A stretch of 64,000 nucleotides of DNA, taken from positions 63,028 to 127,027 of the forward strand of contig CANDYU010000001.1 in assembly GCA_947425245.1 (NCBI GenBank), written 5' to 3'. The notes beneath the pieces were generated by a model that did no database searches, was not told the origin of the DNA, and saw only the letters and a list, made by a program, of their open reading frames with translations. The position numbers and the translations under genes are program-made. Position 1 is the stretch's first letter. Each line of letters begins with the position of its first letter. The stretch is from an uncultured Candidatus Saccharibacteria bacterium (GTDB taxonomy: Bacteria > Patescibacteriota > Saccharimonadia > Saccharimonadales > Saccharimonadaceae). Positions 35,311 to 45,377 of the stretch are shown one piece after another.

Positions 35311-36444
35311 CTATCCTAATGAACGCTTCAAAAGAGGGATTTTGCGAATCAAGATTGTTAAAGCGAGGCTAAGGCCAAGCACAAAAGCCGTATAGAGAAT
35401 AACCCCAATAAAGGATACTATGAACGGGACCGAGTTTGAGAGCGGGTTGGCATAGCGTAAAATAAAGTCACCGAAGAAGACAGTTAGGGAATAGATAATG
35501 AGCATATGAATTAGATAGATTCCTAAGGTATGGCATGAGATGGTACGAAGTATAATATTGTCTTTGTGCCAGTTGAGGCAGAGTAGGAAGATTGATAGTG
35601 TAGCAATAAGGGCGAAGATTGTATCGTATCCATACCAAATGTTATCCCAAATTTGCTTGGAGGCTTTAGAATAAAGCATACCTACGCCAAAGAGACCTAC
35701 CCAACCGATGATTAAACCGATAATAGCGATAAGGTTGCGTTTTTTTGCAGGAATGGCCTTAATTTTATCAAAATAATAAGCCACGACACCGCCGAGACAG
35801 AAGTAGGCAAAGGTGTGGCCATAGATACCACGGAAGGGGTTAAAGATATTAAGAAAGTTTGTGTCAGTGTAGATTATACCTTGGTGGGCGATGAAATTGG
35901 AATAGAAAGTCATAAGGAGATTCAGTAGGGCATTGCCAAAAGTAAAGAGGATACAAATACAGGTAAAGAATAAGAAGGCTTGGCGATAATGGTCGTAGGT
36001 AATTTTAAGGAGTGGGTAGAAAATATAGAGGCAAATTAGTGCACCCATGTACCAAAGATGGGTAACGCCATATTTGAGTGAGGTGACGGTATTTATTAGG
36101 CCGTCCGTTGCTAATTGGTCGCGATGGAGCAAGACCAAGAAAGCTAGGGTGGCAATGTACCAAAAAATAGTAATAAGGAAAAACTTAATGATTTTCTTAA
36201 AATGCTTCTTAAGATTAAAAGGACGACTGAGTAAAAGATAGCCGTTGGCAAAAAAGAAAAGCGGGACGCAGACGGCAATGATTGAGCGAAGGGCGTAGTG
36301 AATATAAAAACTAGTGCCGGCTTCAGATAAGGCAACATTGGCGATGTGGGCCGTGCAATGACAAAGAACAACAAAAGAAATAGCTATTGTTTCGAGCAGA
36401 TCAATCCAGGCGATACGGGAAGAGGGTTTGGTTTTTGCCGACAT
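35311..36444 (-). CDS. Acyltransferase family 3 (OafA/YrhL-like O-acyltransferase) membrane protein
   Basis: 377 aa with about 10 TM segments and IAWIDLLETIAISFVVLCHC at the N-terminus. It is AT-richer by eye than its neighbours. Confidence 0.75.
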   Translation of the reverse strand: MSAKTKPSSRIAWIDLLETIAISFVVLCHCTAHIANVALSEAGTSFYIHYALRSIIAVCVPLFFFANGYLLLSRPFNLKKHFKKIIKFFLITIFWYIATLAFLVLLHRDQLATDGLINTVTSLKYGVTHLWYMGALICLYIFYPLLKITYDHYRQAFLFFTCICILFTFGNALLNLLMTFYSNFIAHQGIIYTDTNFLNIFNPFRGIYGHTFAYFCLGGVVAYYFDKIKAIPAKKRNLIAIIGLIIGWVGLFGVGMLYSKASKQIWDNIWYGYDTIFALIATLSIFLLCLNWHKDNIILRTISCHTLGIYLIHMLIIYSLTVFFGDFILRYANPLSNSVPFIVSFIGVILYTAFVLGLSLALTILIRKIPLLKRSLG

Positions 36445-36450
36445 ATATAA

Positions 36451-36807
36451 TTACTCCTGATTATGGGTTTCGATTAGGCTTCTCTGCAAAAGATCATGAA
36501 TGAAACGGCGGAGTTCACGAAATGGCATAGTGCTGACGGATTTATTATAAATCACAAAAACACAGTCTTGTTCAGCGGAAAACTCGGGTAATTCGAGGCG
36601 GATAGCCTCATAAACTCGGCGACGAATGCGATTTCGCCCAACGGCCGATCGGAGGACTTTTTTAGAAATCACAACACTGAAGCGTTGAAAGTGACGAGTG
36701 TTTGGCACATATACTAGCGACATGAGCGGCGTGCGTATAGTCTTCCCTTTTTGATAAGCATGTCGTACTCCTCCGCGAGAATGGAAACGATATTTTTGTG
36801 AAAGCAT
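36451..36807 (-). CDS. rnpA: Ribonuclease P protein component
   Basis: 118 aa with the VVISKKVLRSAVGRNRIRRRVYEAIR motif, downstream of rpmH. Confidence 0.9.
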   Translation of the reverse strand: MLSQKYRFHSRGGVRHAYQKGKTIRTPLMSLVYVPNTRHFQRFSVVISKKVLRSAVGRNRIRRRVYEAIRLELPEFSAEQDCVFVIYNKSVSTMPFRELRRFIHDLLQRSLIETHNQE

Positions 36808-36851
36808 AAGTTAATTTTAACATAAAACTAGCCTCCTAAAGAGGCTAGTTT

Positions 36852-36989
36852 TTAGGCGGTTAAACGAGCACGGCCTTTAATACGGCGGCGTTTTAGGACC
36901 TTTTGGCCATTTTTAGTGCTATTTCGCTTCATGAAACCATGCTCAACCTTACGTTGACGCTTGTGTGGTTGGTAAGTACGCTTTGGCAT
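36852..36989 (-). CDS. rpmH: 50S ribosomal protein L34
   Basis: Not in the ORF track because it is under 60 aa. My translation is [45 protein letters not shown]. Confidence 0.95.
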   Translation of the reverse strand: MPKRTYQPHKRQRKVEHGFMKRNSTKNGQKVLKRRRIKGRARLTA

Positions 36990-37037
36990 ATTAATTATCT
37001 TTCTCTATTAACAAATTCTTGTCCTAGTATACATTAG

Positions 37038-37190
37038 ATTTCCACTTTTTTCAAGGAGTTTTCCACATATTTAATAGGTATATCGTGCTTATGGTGGAAA
37101 AGTAGTTCCCTGTTTTGGATAGCTAAATTATAACATGTTTGAGGAAAACGGGGGAAACTGTGGAAAAGTCGGGAAAAGTTTGATATAATC
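37038..37190. promoter_or_regulatory. rpmH-dnaA intergenic DnaA-box cluster and dnaA promoter (possible oriC part 1)
   Basis: Boxes ATTTCCACT (37038), TTTTCCACA (37059), GGTGGAAAA (37093) and TGTGGAAAA (37159). A TGaTATAAT extended -10 lies at 37181-37189. Confidence 0.6.
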
Positions 37191-37219
37191 AGGGTAAGTT
37201 AAGGAGGAGTTAAGGGGTC

Positions 37220-38614
37220 ATGTTTGACGTGTGGAAGAATGTGCTGGCCGAAGTCGAGCAGACTATTCCACGCGAGCAATTTTTGACCTGGTTTACCGGT
37301 ACAGAACTGGCTGAGATTAACGATGGGGTAATTGTCGTAGGTGTACCGAATGTTTTTAAGATTAAACAGTTACAAGTAAAATATTCGGGAGTTCTAAAGG
37401 ATGCTTTTGAACATAATAATATTCCGGTAAAAGAGTTAAAATACGTCGTTCAGAGTAACACGAAGCAGAAGGTTAGGGCACGCGAGGTTCCAGTAAGGGA
37501 GGTTCCCTCTTCGCGACCAATCATATCAACTCCGACACATGTATCAAACTCGGTGTCGGATACTGTGTCAAGTTCGTCGGGATTGAATATCTTTAAGACT
37601 GGTTTAAATCCGAAATATAGCTTGGATAATTTTGTGATTGGGTCGAATAACGACCTAGCGGTTAGCGTAGCACGGAATATTATTGAAGCACCGGGAGAAA
37701 AGTATAATCCGTTTTTCCTGTACGGTGGTCCGGGGTTAGGTAAAACGCATCTAGTACAGGCAATTGGGAATGAATTATTAAGGAAGAATCCAAAAATGCG
37801 GATTTTTTATACGCCAGTCTCGGGGTTTTATTCGGATTTTATTAAGTCGGTTACCAATAAGAAAGGTGACGAGTTTCGACAAAAGTTCAAGAAACTTGAC
37901 GTATTGATTATTGATGACTTCCAGATGATTATGGGGAAAGATCAGTCACAGGTAGAGTTTTTTGATATTTTTAATGACTTATATGGGATCAATAAACAGA
38001 TTATCGTCACTTCGGATCGGTTACCAAATCAGATTAAATCGGTTGATGAGCGGTTAGCCTCGAGGTTGACTTGGGCAGGGGCGTATGATTTGCAGTTGCC
38101 GGGGTTTGAAGATAAATGTGCAATTCTAAAATCGAAGGCAGAGTTTATTGGGGCGGAGATTGAGGATGCGGCGATTGAGTATCTAGCAGAAAATGTGAGG
38201 ACTAATATCCGAGACCTTGAGGGTGAGTTTAATCATTTGCTGGCGATGGCGGACCTAAAGAATATGACTCCACTGGAAGTTATCAATGAGGGATATGTTA
38301 ATACGGCTAAAAATCCGCAAAACAAAACGGTTTCCCCAAAACAGGTGATTGATAAGGTAGCAAAGTTCTATCAAATGACACCTAAGGAAATGTGCAGTAA
38401 GAGTCGGGTGGCCCATATTAAGAATGCAAGGCAGGTGGCGATGTATATATTGTCAAAGGAGTTGGGGATGAGTACACCTAAGATTGCCCTAGAGGTTGGA
38501 GTGAAAGACCACACGACTGTGATGCATGGAGTGAGGAAAATTGAGGGGGATTTAAAATTAAACTTTGCACTGCGTGATCAGATCGCGGCGTTACGCGAGA
38601 AGCTGTATGCTTAG
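37220..38614 (+). CDS. dnaA: Chromosomal replication initiator DnaA
   Basis: 464 aa with Walker A GGPGLGKTHL and a C-terminal DnaA-box-binding domain (HTTVMHGVRKI). Confidence 0.97.
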   Translation: MFDVWKNVLAEVEQTIPREQFLTWFTGTELAEINDGVIVVGVPNVFKIKQLQVKYSGVLKDAFEHNNIPVKELKYVVQSNTKQKVRAREVPVREVPSSRPIISTPTHVSNSVSDTVSSSSGLNIFKTGLNPKYSLDNFVIGSNNDLAVSVARNIIEAPGEKYNPFFLYGGPGLGKTHLVQAIGNELLRKNPKMRIFYTPVSGFYSDFIKSVTNKKGDEFRQKFKKLDVLIIDDFQMIMGKDQSQVEFFDIFNDLYGINKQIIVTSDRLPNQIKSVDERLASRLTWAGAYDLQLPGFEDKCAILKSKAEFIGAEIEDAAIEYLAENVRTNIRDLEGEFNHLLAMADLKNMTPLEVINEGYVNTAKNPQNKTVSPKQVIDKVAKFYQMTPKEMCSKSRVAHIKNARQVAMYILSKELGMSTPKIALEVGVKDHTTVMHGVRKIEGDLKLNFALRDQIAALREKLYA

Positions 38615-38957
38615 TTGGATGGTGGATTTTTGTAAGAATGGTTGGGTTGATAGGGGTGATTTGACTTTTTTAAGTTCTAGTTTTTTAAAAACCGAACGCT
38701 TGTTCGGGTGGGTTGTGGATAACATGTGTGAAAGTGTGTGGGGAAATTCGTGGGAAACATGTGTGAAAGTTTCCACATGTGGCGGTTTTTATGAACTTTT
38801 GCACAAATTTTGGGGAAAAGTTTGGGTTATTCGCAGGATTGGTGGAAAGTTTTACGGGTGGATTTGCACAGTAAATTACCCCTGTTTTTATGGTAGTTTT
38901 GCACATTTTCCACAAAGCCTACTACTACAACTACTAAATATTTAGGAAGGAAGAAAA
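38615..38957. promoter_or_regulatory. dnaA-dnaN intergenic region with DnaA boxes (candidate oriC)
   Basis: A perfect TGTGGATAA at 38714-38722, GTTTCCACA at 38769, GGTGGAAAG at 38841 and TTTTCCACA at 38906, ending in an AT-rich stretch. ORF 38565..38945 merely reads through these boxes. Confidence 0.6.
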
Positions 38958-40064
38958 ATGGAGATTAAAATTATTCAAGAAAAGTTAGCAAAGGCACTAA
39001 ATAATGTGAGTCGGGTGGCAGCAGGGTCTAGAGCATCATTGCCTATTCTCAATAATGTCCTTATTAGAGTAGACGATAATAAGGTAAGTTTAACGACAAC
39101 TAATTTAGATATGGCAGTGGTTAGTTTTTTACCGGCACGTCAATGTAAAAATGGGGTAGTAACTGTACCGGCACGGTTGATTGCAGAGTTTGTGGGAAAC
39201 CTACCTAAGGGTGAGGTGGTAGAGATTAATGGCACTGAGGATAAAGTAGTAGTTAAGGCGAGTGGATATAGTTCAACGATTAACGGGGCGTCGGCGGAGG
39301 ATTTTCCAGAATTACCGGAAATTGATGTGGAAAAGGTGGTGAAGTTTCAGATGGGGGTGGATGATTTTAAAGATGGTTTGTCGCAGGTGATGATTGCGGC
39401 AAGTAATGATACGACACGACCGGCATTAACGGGTGTATATTTTAACACTTTTGAAGGGGAACTTTATTTAGCAGCGACGGATGGGTATAGGTTGGCGGAG
39501 CGGAAATTTATCAGTAAAGTGAATAGCGAAGTAAGAGCGATTGTACCAGCAGCAAGCTTACAGGAGGTTCTTAGGAGCTTGAACGATGACGTGGATGAGA
39601 TTGAGATATGGTTTGATGAGACGCAGGTAAGGTTTCGTTTGGGTGATATCGAGATTACTTCTAAGTTGATTGATGGCTCGTTCCCTGATTATAGGCAGTT
39701 AATTCCAAAACAAACGGAGATTGAGGTCGGTCTTAAGAAGGATGAGTTAGTGCGAATTACAAAGTTGGCGGCATTGTTTGCGAAAGAGGTGGGCGGGTCG
39801 ATTACCTGTGAGGCTAATGTTGAAAACGGAAACTTCATAGTTGCGTCGGTAGCGAATGAATTAGGAGAAAATAAATCGGAAATTAAGGCGACGGTGGAGA
39901 CTGATGGAAAGGTGACGTTAAATTCGCGGTTCTTGTTGGATGCACTAAATGCCTTAAATGGAAGCGAGGTAGAGTTTGGGTTTTCAAATCGGTTAGATCC
40001 AGTAGTTTTGAGGGTGAAAAAAGCGGATAATTATGTGCATATCGTGATGCCGCTGAAGAGTTAG
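38958..40064 (+). CDS. dnaN: DNA polymerase III beta sliding clamp
   Basis: 368 aa with three-domain clamp architecture (LTTTNLDMA, LAATDGYRLA), in dnaA-dnaN-recF synteny. Confidence 0.95.
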   Translation: MEIKIIQEKLAKALNNVSRVAAGSRASLPILNNVLIRVDDNKVSLTTTNLDMAVVSFLPARQCKNGVVTVPARLIAEFVGNLPKGEVVEINGTEDKVVVKASGYSSTINGASAEDFPELPEIDVEKVVKFQMGVDDFKDGLSQVMIAASNDTTRPALTGVYFNTFEGELYLAATDGYRLAERKFISKVNSEVRAIVPAASLQEVLRSLNDDVDEIEIWFDETQVRFRLGDIEITSKLIDGSFPDYRQLIPKQTEIEVGLKKDELVRITKLAALFAKEVGGSITCEANVENGNFIVASVANELGENKSEIKATVETDGKVTLNSRFLLDALNALNGSEVEFGFSNRLDPVVLRVKKADNYVHIVMPLKS

Positions 40065-40066
40065 AT

Positions 40067-41077
40067 ATGGTAGTCGAGAGTGTAAAGCTGGCGAACTTTC
40101 GTAGTCACGAAATAATGCAGGTGAAGTTTTTTCCACAGACGACAACGATAGTTGGGGAAAACGGGAGCGGTAAGACTTCGATTTTAGAAGCTGTGTACGA
40201 GGCTTTACAAGGGAAAAGTTTTCGGGCGGTGGATAGGGAGATTTTGCGAAGGGGGGCGGAGTTTTATCGGGTGGAGTTGAATTATCGAGATGGACGTAGG
40301 ATAGTGGTGGTTTATGATGGAGCGAAGAAGGAGTTTTTAGTTGAGGATAGGAAGGCGAGGAGGTTGCCGAAGAAGGTGAAATATCCAATTGTATTGTTTG
40401 AGCCGGATGATTTGAATCTTGTGGGGAGCAGTCCGACGAGCCGGCGGGGGTATTTTGATAGGGTCTTTAATCAGCTGTCAGATCAGTATGGAGTAGCACT
40501 TAATAGGTACAATAAGGCGTTGCGACAGCGAAATGAACTCTTGAAGCAGGAAGTAGTTAATATTGGGGATTTGTTTTCTTGGGATGTGCTTCTAACGAAA
40601 TATGGGGCGGAGTTACGAGACCTGAGGAAAAGCTTTGTGGAAAAGATAAGTGAGAAATACACAGAAGTGTACCGGTCGATTGCGGAGAATGCGGATGAAG
40701 TGAGGCTGGAGTATGTTACGGAGGTGGAGTCGGAGAGTGAGTTTTTAAAACGGTTGGAGGCAGACTTTGAGAGAGATAAAATCTTGGGGCATACGGGGTT
40801 TGGAGTGCACCATGATAATTATGAGTTCGTTTTTAATGGGGTGAAAGCGGACGGTTCGGCGAGTCGGGGTGAGGTGAGGTCGATGGTGATTGCACTGAAG
40901 TTTATCGAGGCGGAGATGATTGTGGGGAGGCTTGGGCAGGTGCCGGTGGTGTTACTGGACGATGTGTTTTCGGAATTGGATGAGACGAGGCAGAAATGTT
41001 TGGTGAAGAACTTTAGAAATAATCAGGTTATTTTGACGAGCGTTGGAGAAGGAGATATTGAGATTAGTGGGGAGTAG
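40067..41077 (+). CDS. recF: DNA replication/repair protein RecF
   Basis: Walker A GENGSGKTSILEA, an SMC-like signature and the C-terminal LLDDVFSELD. Confidence 0.9.
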   Translation: MVVESVKLANFRSHEIMQVKFFPQTTTIVGENGSGKTSILEAVYEALQGKSFRAVDREILRRGAEFYRVELNYRDGRRIVVVYDGAKKEFLVEDRKARRLPKKVKYPIVLFEPDDLNLVGSSPTSRRGYFDRVFNQLSDQYGVALNRYNKALRQRNELLKQEVVNIGDLFSWDVLLTKYGAELRDLRKSFVEKISEKYTEVYRSIAENADEVRLEYVTEVESESEFLKRLEADFERDKILGHTGFGVHHDNYEFVFNGVKADGSASRGEVRSMVIALKFIEAEMIVGRLGQVPVVLLDDVFSELDETRQKCLVKNFRNNQVILTSVGEGDIEISGE

Positions 41078-41096
41078 TTCCCTGGCGGAGTGGCTT

Positions 41097-41792
41097 TTAG
41101 AGGTTTACCTGTCGATAAGTGTAGCGATAGTTTGAGAGATCATAGCCGAGACTGGAGAGCTTGTCTTGGACATTTTTCTTAACTTTATTGGAAAAGGTTG
41201 GTTCTCGACTAGTAATAATGAGGCAGAGATTATTTCCACAATCTGGGGAGTAGTTATAATCAATAGAAAAAGAATTACAGTTTAAGCGGTTGGCAGGTTT
41301 TCCACAGACGGAGAATTGAATAGGTACGAGGGTTTTAATGGATAGTTTTTTGATAAAATCTTCGGCGGTGTTGTCTTGGTCGATGGTGAGGTTGGAGGTC
41401 GTTTTTGCGACATCCCAATACTGATAGCCGCTGTTAGTAAGAAGAAGGTTAAGTGATTCTTGATAGGATTGGTCAATATAGATATTCCAGTTGTCGTTTT
41501 TGGGTGTGAGGTAGGTAAATAGATTGGTGACTTTGCCGTATTCGAGATTGATGGTAAGAGTCTTGGTTTCAAATTCGTTGGCGGAAATGGTGACTTCGAT
41601 GTCCTCTTGGGGTCTGAGGTTATAGAGGCCGTTTTGGTAAGGTGTGCCGTTGATGAGAATAGTAGCATCGGTGGGGGCGATTTGGATTATTAGGGTAGCG
41701 GAGTGGAAATAGTGCCAGAGGGCAATAAAAATAAGGATGAGACATGCAGCGGCAAATATGAGACACTTTGTTTTAGTTGATAGCTTATTCAT
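41097..41792 (-). CDS. Bitopic membrane protein with a PEGA-like beta-sandwich segment; last gene of the T4SS operon
   Basis: 231 aa with an N-terminal TM segment and IQIAPTDATILINGTPYQNGLYNL, which resembles a PEGA domain. Confidence 0.45.
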   Translation of the reverse strand: MNKLSTKTKCLIFAAACLILIFIALWHYFHSATLIIQIAPTDATILINGTPYQNGLYNLRPQEDIEVTISANEFETKTLTINLEYGKVTNLFTYLTPKNDNWNIYIDQSYQESLNLLLTNSGYQYWDVAKTTSNLTIDQDNTAEDFIKKLSIKTLVPIQFSVCGKPANRLNCNSFSIDYNYSPDCGNNLCLIITSREPTFSNKVKKNVQDKLSSLGYDLSNYRYTYRQVNL

Positions 41793-41794
41793 GC

Positions 41795-42748
41795 TTAATC
41801 TCCGTTAAAGTAATTATTGGCGAGGTCAAGAATCTCTATAGGCGTGTCTGGGGTATTGTAGACAGTGAGAAGTAGTTCGGGATCACTGATGAGTTCCCAG
41901 GAGTTGTTGGACTTCTTGAGGATAGCATGATATGATACATAATCACTATAATCACCGTCAATTGGAATTAGCTGTTTTATTGTGGTGTAATAGTAGTCGC
42001 CAGAAGTTTGACCCTTCTGTATTTCTATGTTACTCATATTTGAATAGCCAGTTTGTAGAAACTTATACGGATCATTGTGTGTGTTTTCTTGGAAACGGCC
42101 GATGAAGGCATTGGTGTAATCATTAAAGATGATGTCGTATAATGGAAGAGTAACATTAGCTTTGTTTGCGAGATCTTTAAGAATAGTGCGGGCAGAATTG
42201 ACGGCTATGTAGTCGTCTTTCTTAATTGGGTCAATAGTGATTTCTAAAGACGAGAAGTTTTCATTAAAATTATAAGAGATTGTATAGGAGGCAACTTTTG
42301 TACTGTATGGGAGATAGGTTATAAGTGGGTATTTTTGGGCAAGTTGCTGATTAGAATCGGTATCTACTTCATTACTAATAGTATTTATGTCTCCGAAAAT
42401 GAGATTTATTTCTTCGTTGGTTGCTACGGTGGGGATGAGGATGTTGACATAATTGAGATTATACTCATTAATATTAAAAATAGATTCGGTGTAAAGATAG
42501 CCATTAAGAAAAGTTTGAATGGTGTGATTCCCTGGTGTGAGGAAGAGTTTTGAATTATTGACGTTTTTATTATTTCCGTCTAGGAAAACTTGAGCGTTGA
42601 GAGGTTCGACATAAAAAGATACTTCGAATTTTCCGGAACGACTAATAAGTAGTATAGATGAGAGTGTAATGATGGCAAGAACGAAGATGATAAAAGATAT
42701 GATTGCAGTTCTTGCTCGTTTGGTTTGGAGAATTTCTTGCCAGTTCAT
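41795..42748 (-). CDS. Bitopic membrane protein with a PEGA-like segment; T4SS operon
   Basis: 317 aa with an N-terminal TM segment and FYVEPLNAQVFLDGNNK..LTPGNHTIQ. Confidence 0.45.
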   Translation of the reverse strand: MNWQEILQTKRARTAIISFIIFVLAIITLSSILLISRSGKFEVSFYVEPLNAQVFLDGNNKNVNNSKLFLTPGNHTIQTFLNGYLYTESIFNINEYNLNYVNILIPTVATNEEINLIFGDINTISNEVDTDSNQQLAQKYPLITYLPYSTKVASYTISYNFNENFSSLEITIDPIKKDDYIAVNSARTILKDLANKANVTLPLYDIIFNDYTNAFIGRFQENTHNDPYKFLQTGYSNMSNIEIQKGQTSGDYYYTTIKQLIPIDGDYSDYVSYHAILKKSNNSWELISDPELLLTVYNTPDTPIEILDLANNYFNGD

Positions 42749-42769
42749 AAATACTGTTCCTTTTTGGAG

Positions 42770-44668
42770 TTATTTTTCGTTAACTTGTTGTTCGCAGACT
42801 TTGTAGCGTGTTGATCTGGGCTTTTCAGTGTAGCTGAAGTGCATAATGTCAATATTGCTTCCGAAGCAGCCTCCCCAATAAAAACCATGGTCATACCAAA
42901 TCTGGACGATTTGATCGTTAATATGGAATGATCTAGTGTCACTAGGATTGTAAACGGATATGTTGCTAGTGTTTGAATAGTATGGGTTGTCGGCTGAGTT
43001 AATATCGATAGCGACACCGAATGAGTGTTGCGATAATGAGCTGCCACCGGTGACGATACGCCAGTTATAGGCGTAAGTGTCGCTACTTTTAACTCTAAAA
43101 CCAGCAGCGACCATGTCTTCAAAAACAGAAGTAATTTCACTAGCAAGCTTTTTGTGAACTGTTAAACGCATAGTGGTTTTTACGCCGGATTCGTTGAGGA
43201 TGGGGACCTCAATAGATGTGATGTATTGTTGCATGACGGATTCTCTGGTCGGGAAGCCATTTCCGTCAAAGAGCCAGGCGACACGCTCGTTGTTGGAGAT
43301 GTTGGCGGCTTCACCAATATTAGAGGCACCGGAAAGTGGAATACAGTTACTAGACATACCAAGGGACGGCGAATAATTTGTGAAGTTTTTAACGATAGCT
43401 TGGCCTTCGGGGGAGTTAACGAAAGTTTGGAGGGATTTAACGGAGTTTCGCATTCCTTCAATATTGCCATATCCAGCACCATTAACATTTCCTTGAACCC
43501 AAGTGGGGCCGATTTTTTCGAGGTAAGTAATGGGATCGGTAACGCCTAGGGCTTGGTCATGGTAGCCATTGGTGAGAGTCTTTCCATATTGTTGGAAGCC
43601 TTCACCGAGATTTTTACCTTGGATGTTAGCACCGCCAGCTGGTGTTCCGGGTGGGCAACCGTTCCCCCAAAAGTTGTTGCGTCCACAGACGCTGTTTGGA
43701 TCCTCGTAACGCATTTGGACTAGAATAGCGATCCATGGAGCACCAACGACACGACCGAGCTGGTAGGCGAGGTCACCGTAGTTTTCGAGAAGGGTTTTCA
43801 TTGATTCGCTGTCGCCGTCGGAAAAGGTAGCGGGCGGGAAGTCGGTGTATTGCTTGTCGGCGTTTTTGGCTTTCATAATAGCATTATAATCTCCGGTACC
43901 GACGAATTTACCGGATGCGGGAGCGGAGTAGGATTGGTATTTTTTGTAGATTTCTTTGGCGTAGTCGCGGCGTTTGTTAGCTTCTTGCCAGTTGCTTCGG
44001 GATGTAAGGCTTTGGACATAAGAATCTATTAAGGTGCTGGATCCACCATAGGCTCCTTCGACTATAACAAGAAAAAGATCCGAATAACTTTCAGCACCGG
44101 CTTCGCCAGTTTTGTTGTCAACATTATCGAGTTTACTGGCGAAGTTTTGAAATTGTTGTTCTTGGATAAGGTAGGTAAGTTCAATTTCGATTGCCTTACT
44201 GATGGCGTCGTCCGGAGCGTTGGTGTTACTCCAATAACCGTCGAGACCAGCTTGAGACATTAAACTCTGAAGGGTACTTTTTCGGCTACCACCCCATTGA
44301 ACGAGACCAATATAGCCACTGCTATTAACTACGAAAGGATTAAAAGTGCTCTCTTGTTGAAGATTTCCCATGATACCAGCGATAACGGCAATATTATCGG
44401 AAACTCCAGGTATATCAGCTTCTACGAAAAAATTCCAGATTTTGTCTGCGTTGGTAGTACCAGGGGCCGTAGAAGTGCTACTGCTAGGGGAACAGTCCTT
44501 TTGTCCGGAGGGGTCATAGTAATAAATGCCACTTTGGTTATAGAAATCAAGAGTACCAGAATCTATGGTTGCCGCGTAGCAACTTATTGAGTTAAGTAGG
44601 CTAAGGAAGAGGTAGAGTATCCCTAGAAAAAGAGGCCCCCTCACTTTAGACGATTGGATAATGGCCAT
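42770..44668 (-). CDS. Secreted bifunctional cell-wall hydrolase: N-terminal lysozyme/'phage tail lysozyme'-like domain plus C-terminal M15 (VanY-like) peptidase domain
   Basis: Start trimmed to MAIIQSSKV (44668), directly after the upstream stop. It has a signal peptide. Motifs: IMGNLQQESTFNP..GLVQWGGSRK near the N-terminus and SQHSFGVAIDIN..DIMHFSY near the C-terminus. Confidence 0.7.
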   Translation of the reverse strand: MAIIQSSKVRGPLFLGILYLFLSLLNSISCYAATIDSGTLDFYNQSGIYYYDPSGQKDCSPSSSTSTAPGTTNADKIWNFFVEADIPGVSDNIAVIAGIMGNLQQESTFNPFVVNSSGYIGLVQWGGSRKSTLQSLMSQAGLDGYWSNTNAPDDAISKAIEIELTYLIQEQQFQNFASKLDNVDNKTGEAGAESYSDLFLVIVEGAYGGSSTLIDSYVQSLTSRSNWQEANKRRDYAKEIYKKYQSYSAPASGKFVGTGDYNAIMKAKNADKQYTDFPPATFSDGDSESMKTLLENYGDLAYQLGRVVGAPWIAILVQMRYEDPNSVCGRNNFWGNGCPPGTPAGGANIQGKNLGEGFQQYGKTLTNGYHDQALGVTDPITYLEKIGPTWVQGNVNGAGYGNIEGMRNSVKSLQTFVNSPEGQAIVKNFTNYSPSLGMSSNCIPLSGASNIGEAANISNNERVAWLFDGNGFPTRESVMQQYITSIEVPILNESGVKTTMRLTVHKKLASEITSVFEDMVAAGFRVKSSDTYAYNWRIVTGGSSLSQHSFGVAIDINSADNPYYSNTSNISVYNPSDTRSFHINDQIVQIWYDHGFYWGGCFGSNIDIMHFSYTEKPRSTRYKVCEQQVNEK

Positions 44669-44669
44669 A

Positions 44670-45377
44670 TCAATCAATATCCTCGGCGGTGTTTGGAGAG
44701 ACGGTGACGATTGGTGAGTTGAGGTTAAATGAATCAATCCAGGCGTTAAGTTCGCTAGAATATTGGTTGAAGTTGTCGGTGTTAATAAAAACATAATCGG
44801 CGGCAGTGTCGGAGTCGGTGCGGTCAGCAATGGTGACCATATAACTGTAACCATAATCATCGGGGGAAAGCCGGATGGTTAAAGTGTAGGTTCGACCGTC
44901 AGAGACGTCAAGATTCATGTGATAGGTATAAGCAGGGTTGGGGAGTTTTTTGTAGGATGATTCGACGAGAACGCAAGCGAAAGTATTTTTATCGTAAAAG
45001 GTGTTTTCATGGGGTGCGGAAGCTATTGAATCTTGATCTAGAATGACCGAATTGAGGTTGGTATAGGTTTGGTTGGAGTTTGAATTACCAATAGAATAGT
45101 TGAGAAGATAGCGGTTTTCAAAATAGGTTGCTGGAGCAGTTTCTGGCTCTTCGGATTTTGGTGTATTGGCCTCAACAAGGAGAATGACGAGGGTAAAAAT
45201 AGATACGATGAAGGCAATTATTACGATAAAAGAGACAACTGGATGAGTATGGAGAAAATCACGAAGTTTGTCTTGAAATGTACGCCCATTAGTAGGGTTT
45301 TTTTGTGGTGGGGAAAAAAATGAGGAGGTTTGGGTTGAGAAAGGGTTTAGATTGGTTTGGCTTGTTGTACTTGTCAT
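44670..45377 (-). CDS. Bitopic membrane protein, positional analogue of VirB8/PrgL (function not established)
   Basis: 235 aa with a single TM segment after a roughly 50-aa cytoplasmic head. It lies between the two hydrolase genes. Confidence 0.4.
   Translation of the reverse strand: MTSTTSQTNLNPFSTQTSSFFSPPQKNPTNGRTFQDKLRDFLHTHPVVSFIVIIAFIVSIFTLVILLVEANTPKSEEPETAPATYFENRYLLNYSIGNSNSNQTYTNLNSVILDQDSIASAPHENTFYDKNTFACVLVESSYKKLPNPAYTYHMNLDVSDGRTYTLTIRLSPDDYGYSYMVTIADRTDSDTAADYVFINTDNFNQYSSELNAWIDSFNLNSPIVTVSPNTAEDID

Noticed and set aside
38565-38945. A 126-aa ORF spanning the dnaA-dnaN intergenic region.
   Set aside because: It overlaps the dnaA 3' end and reads through the DnaA-box cluster (W/G/V-rich peptide from TGTGG repeats). 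The region is more plausibly oriC.
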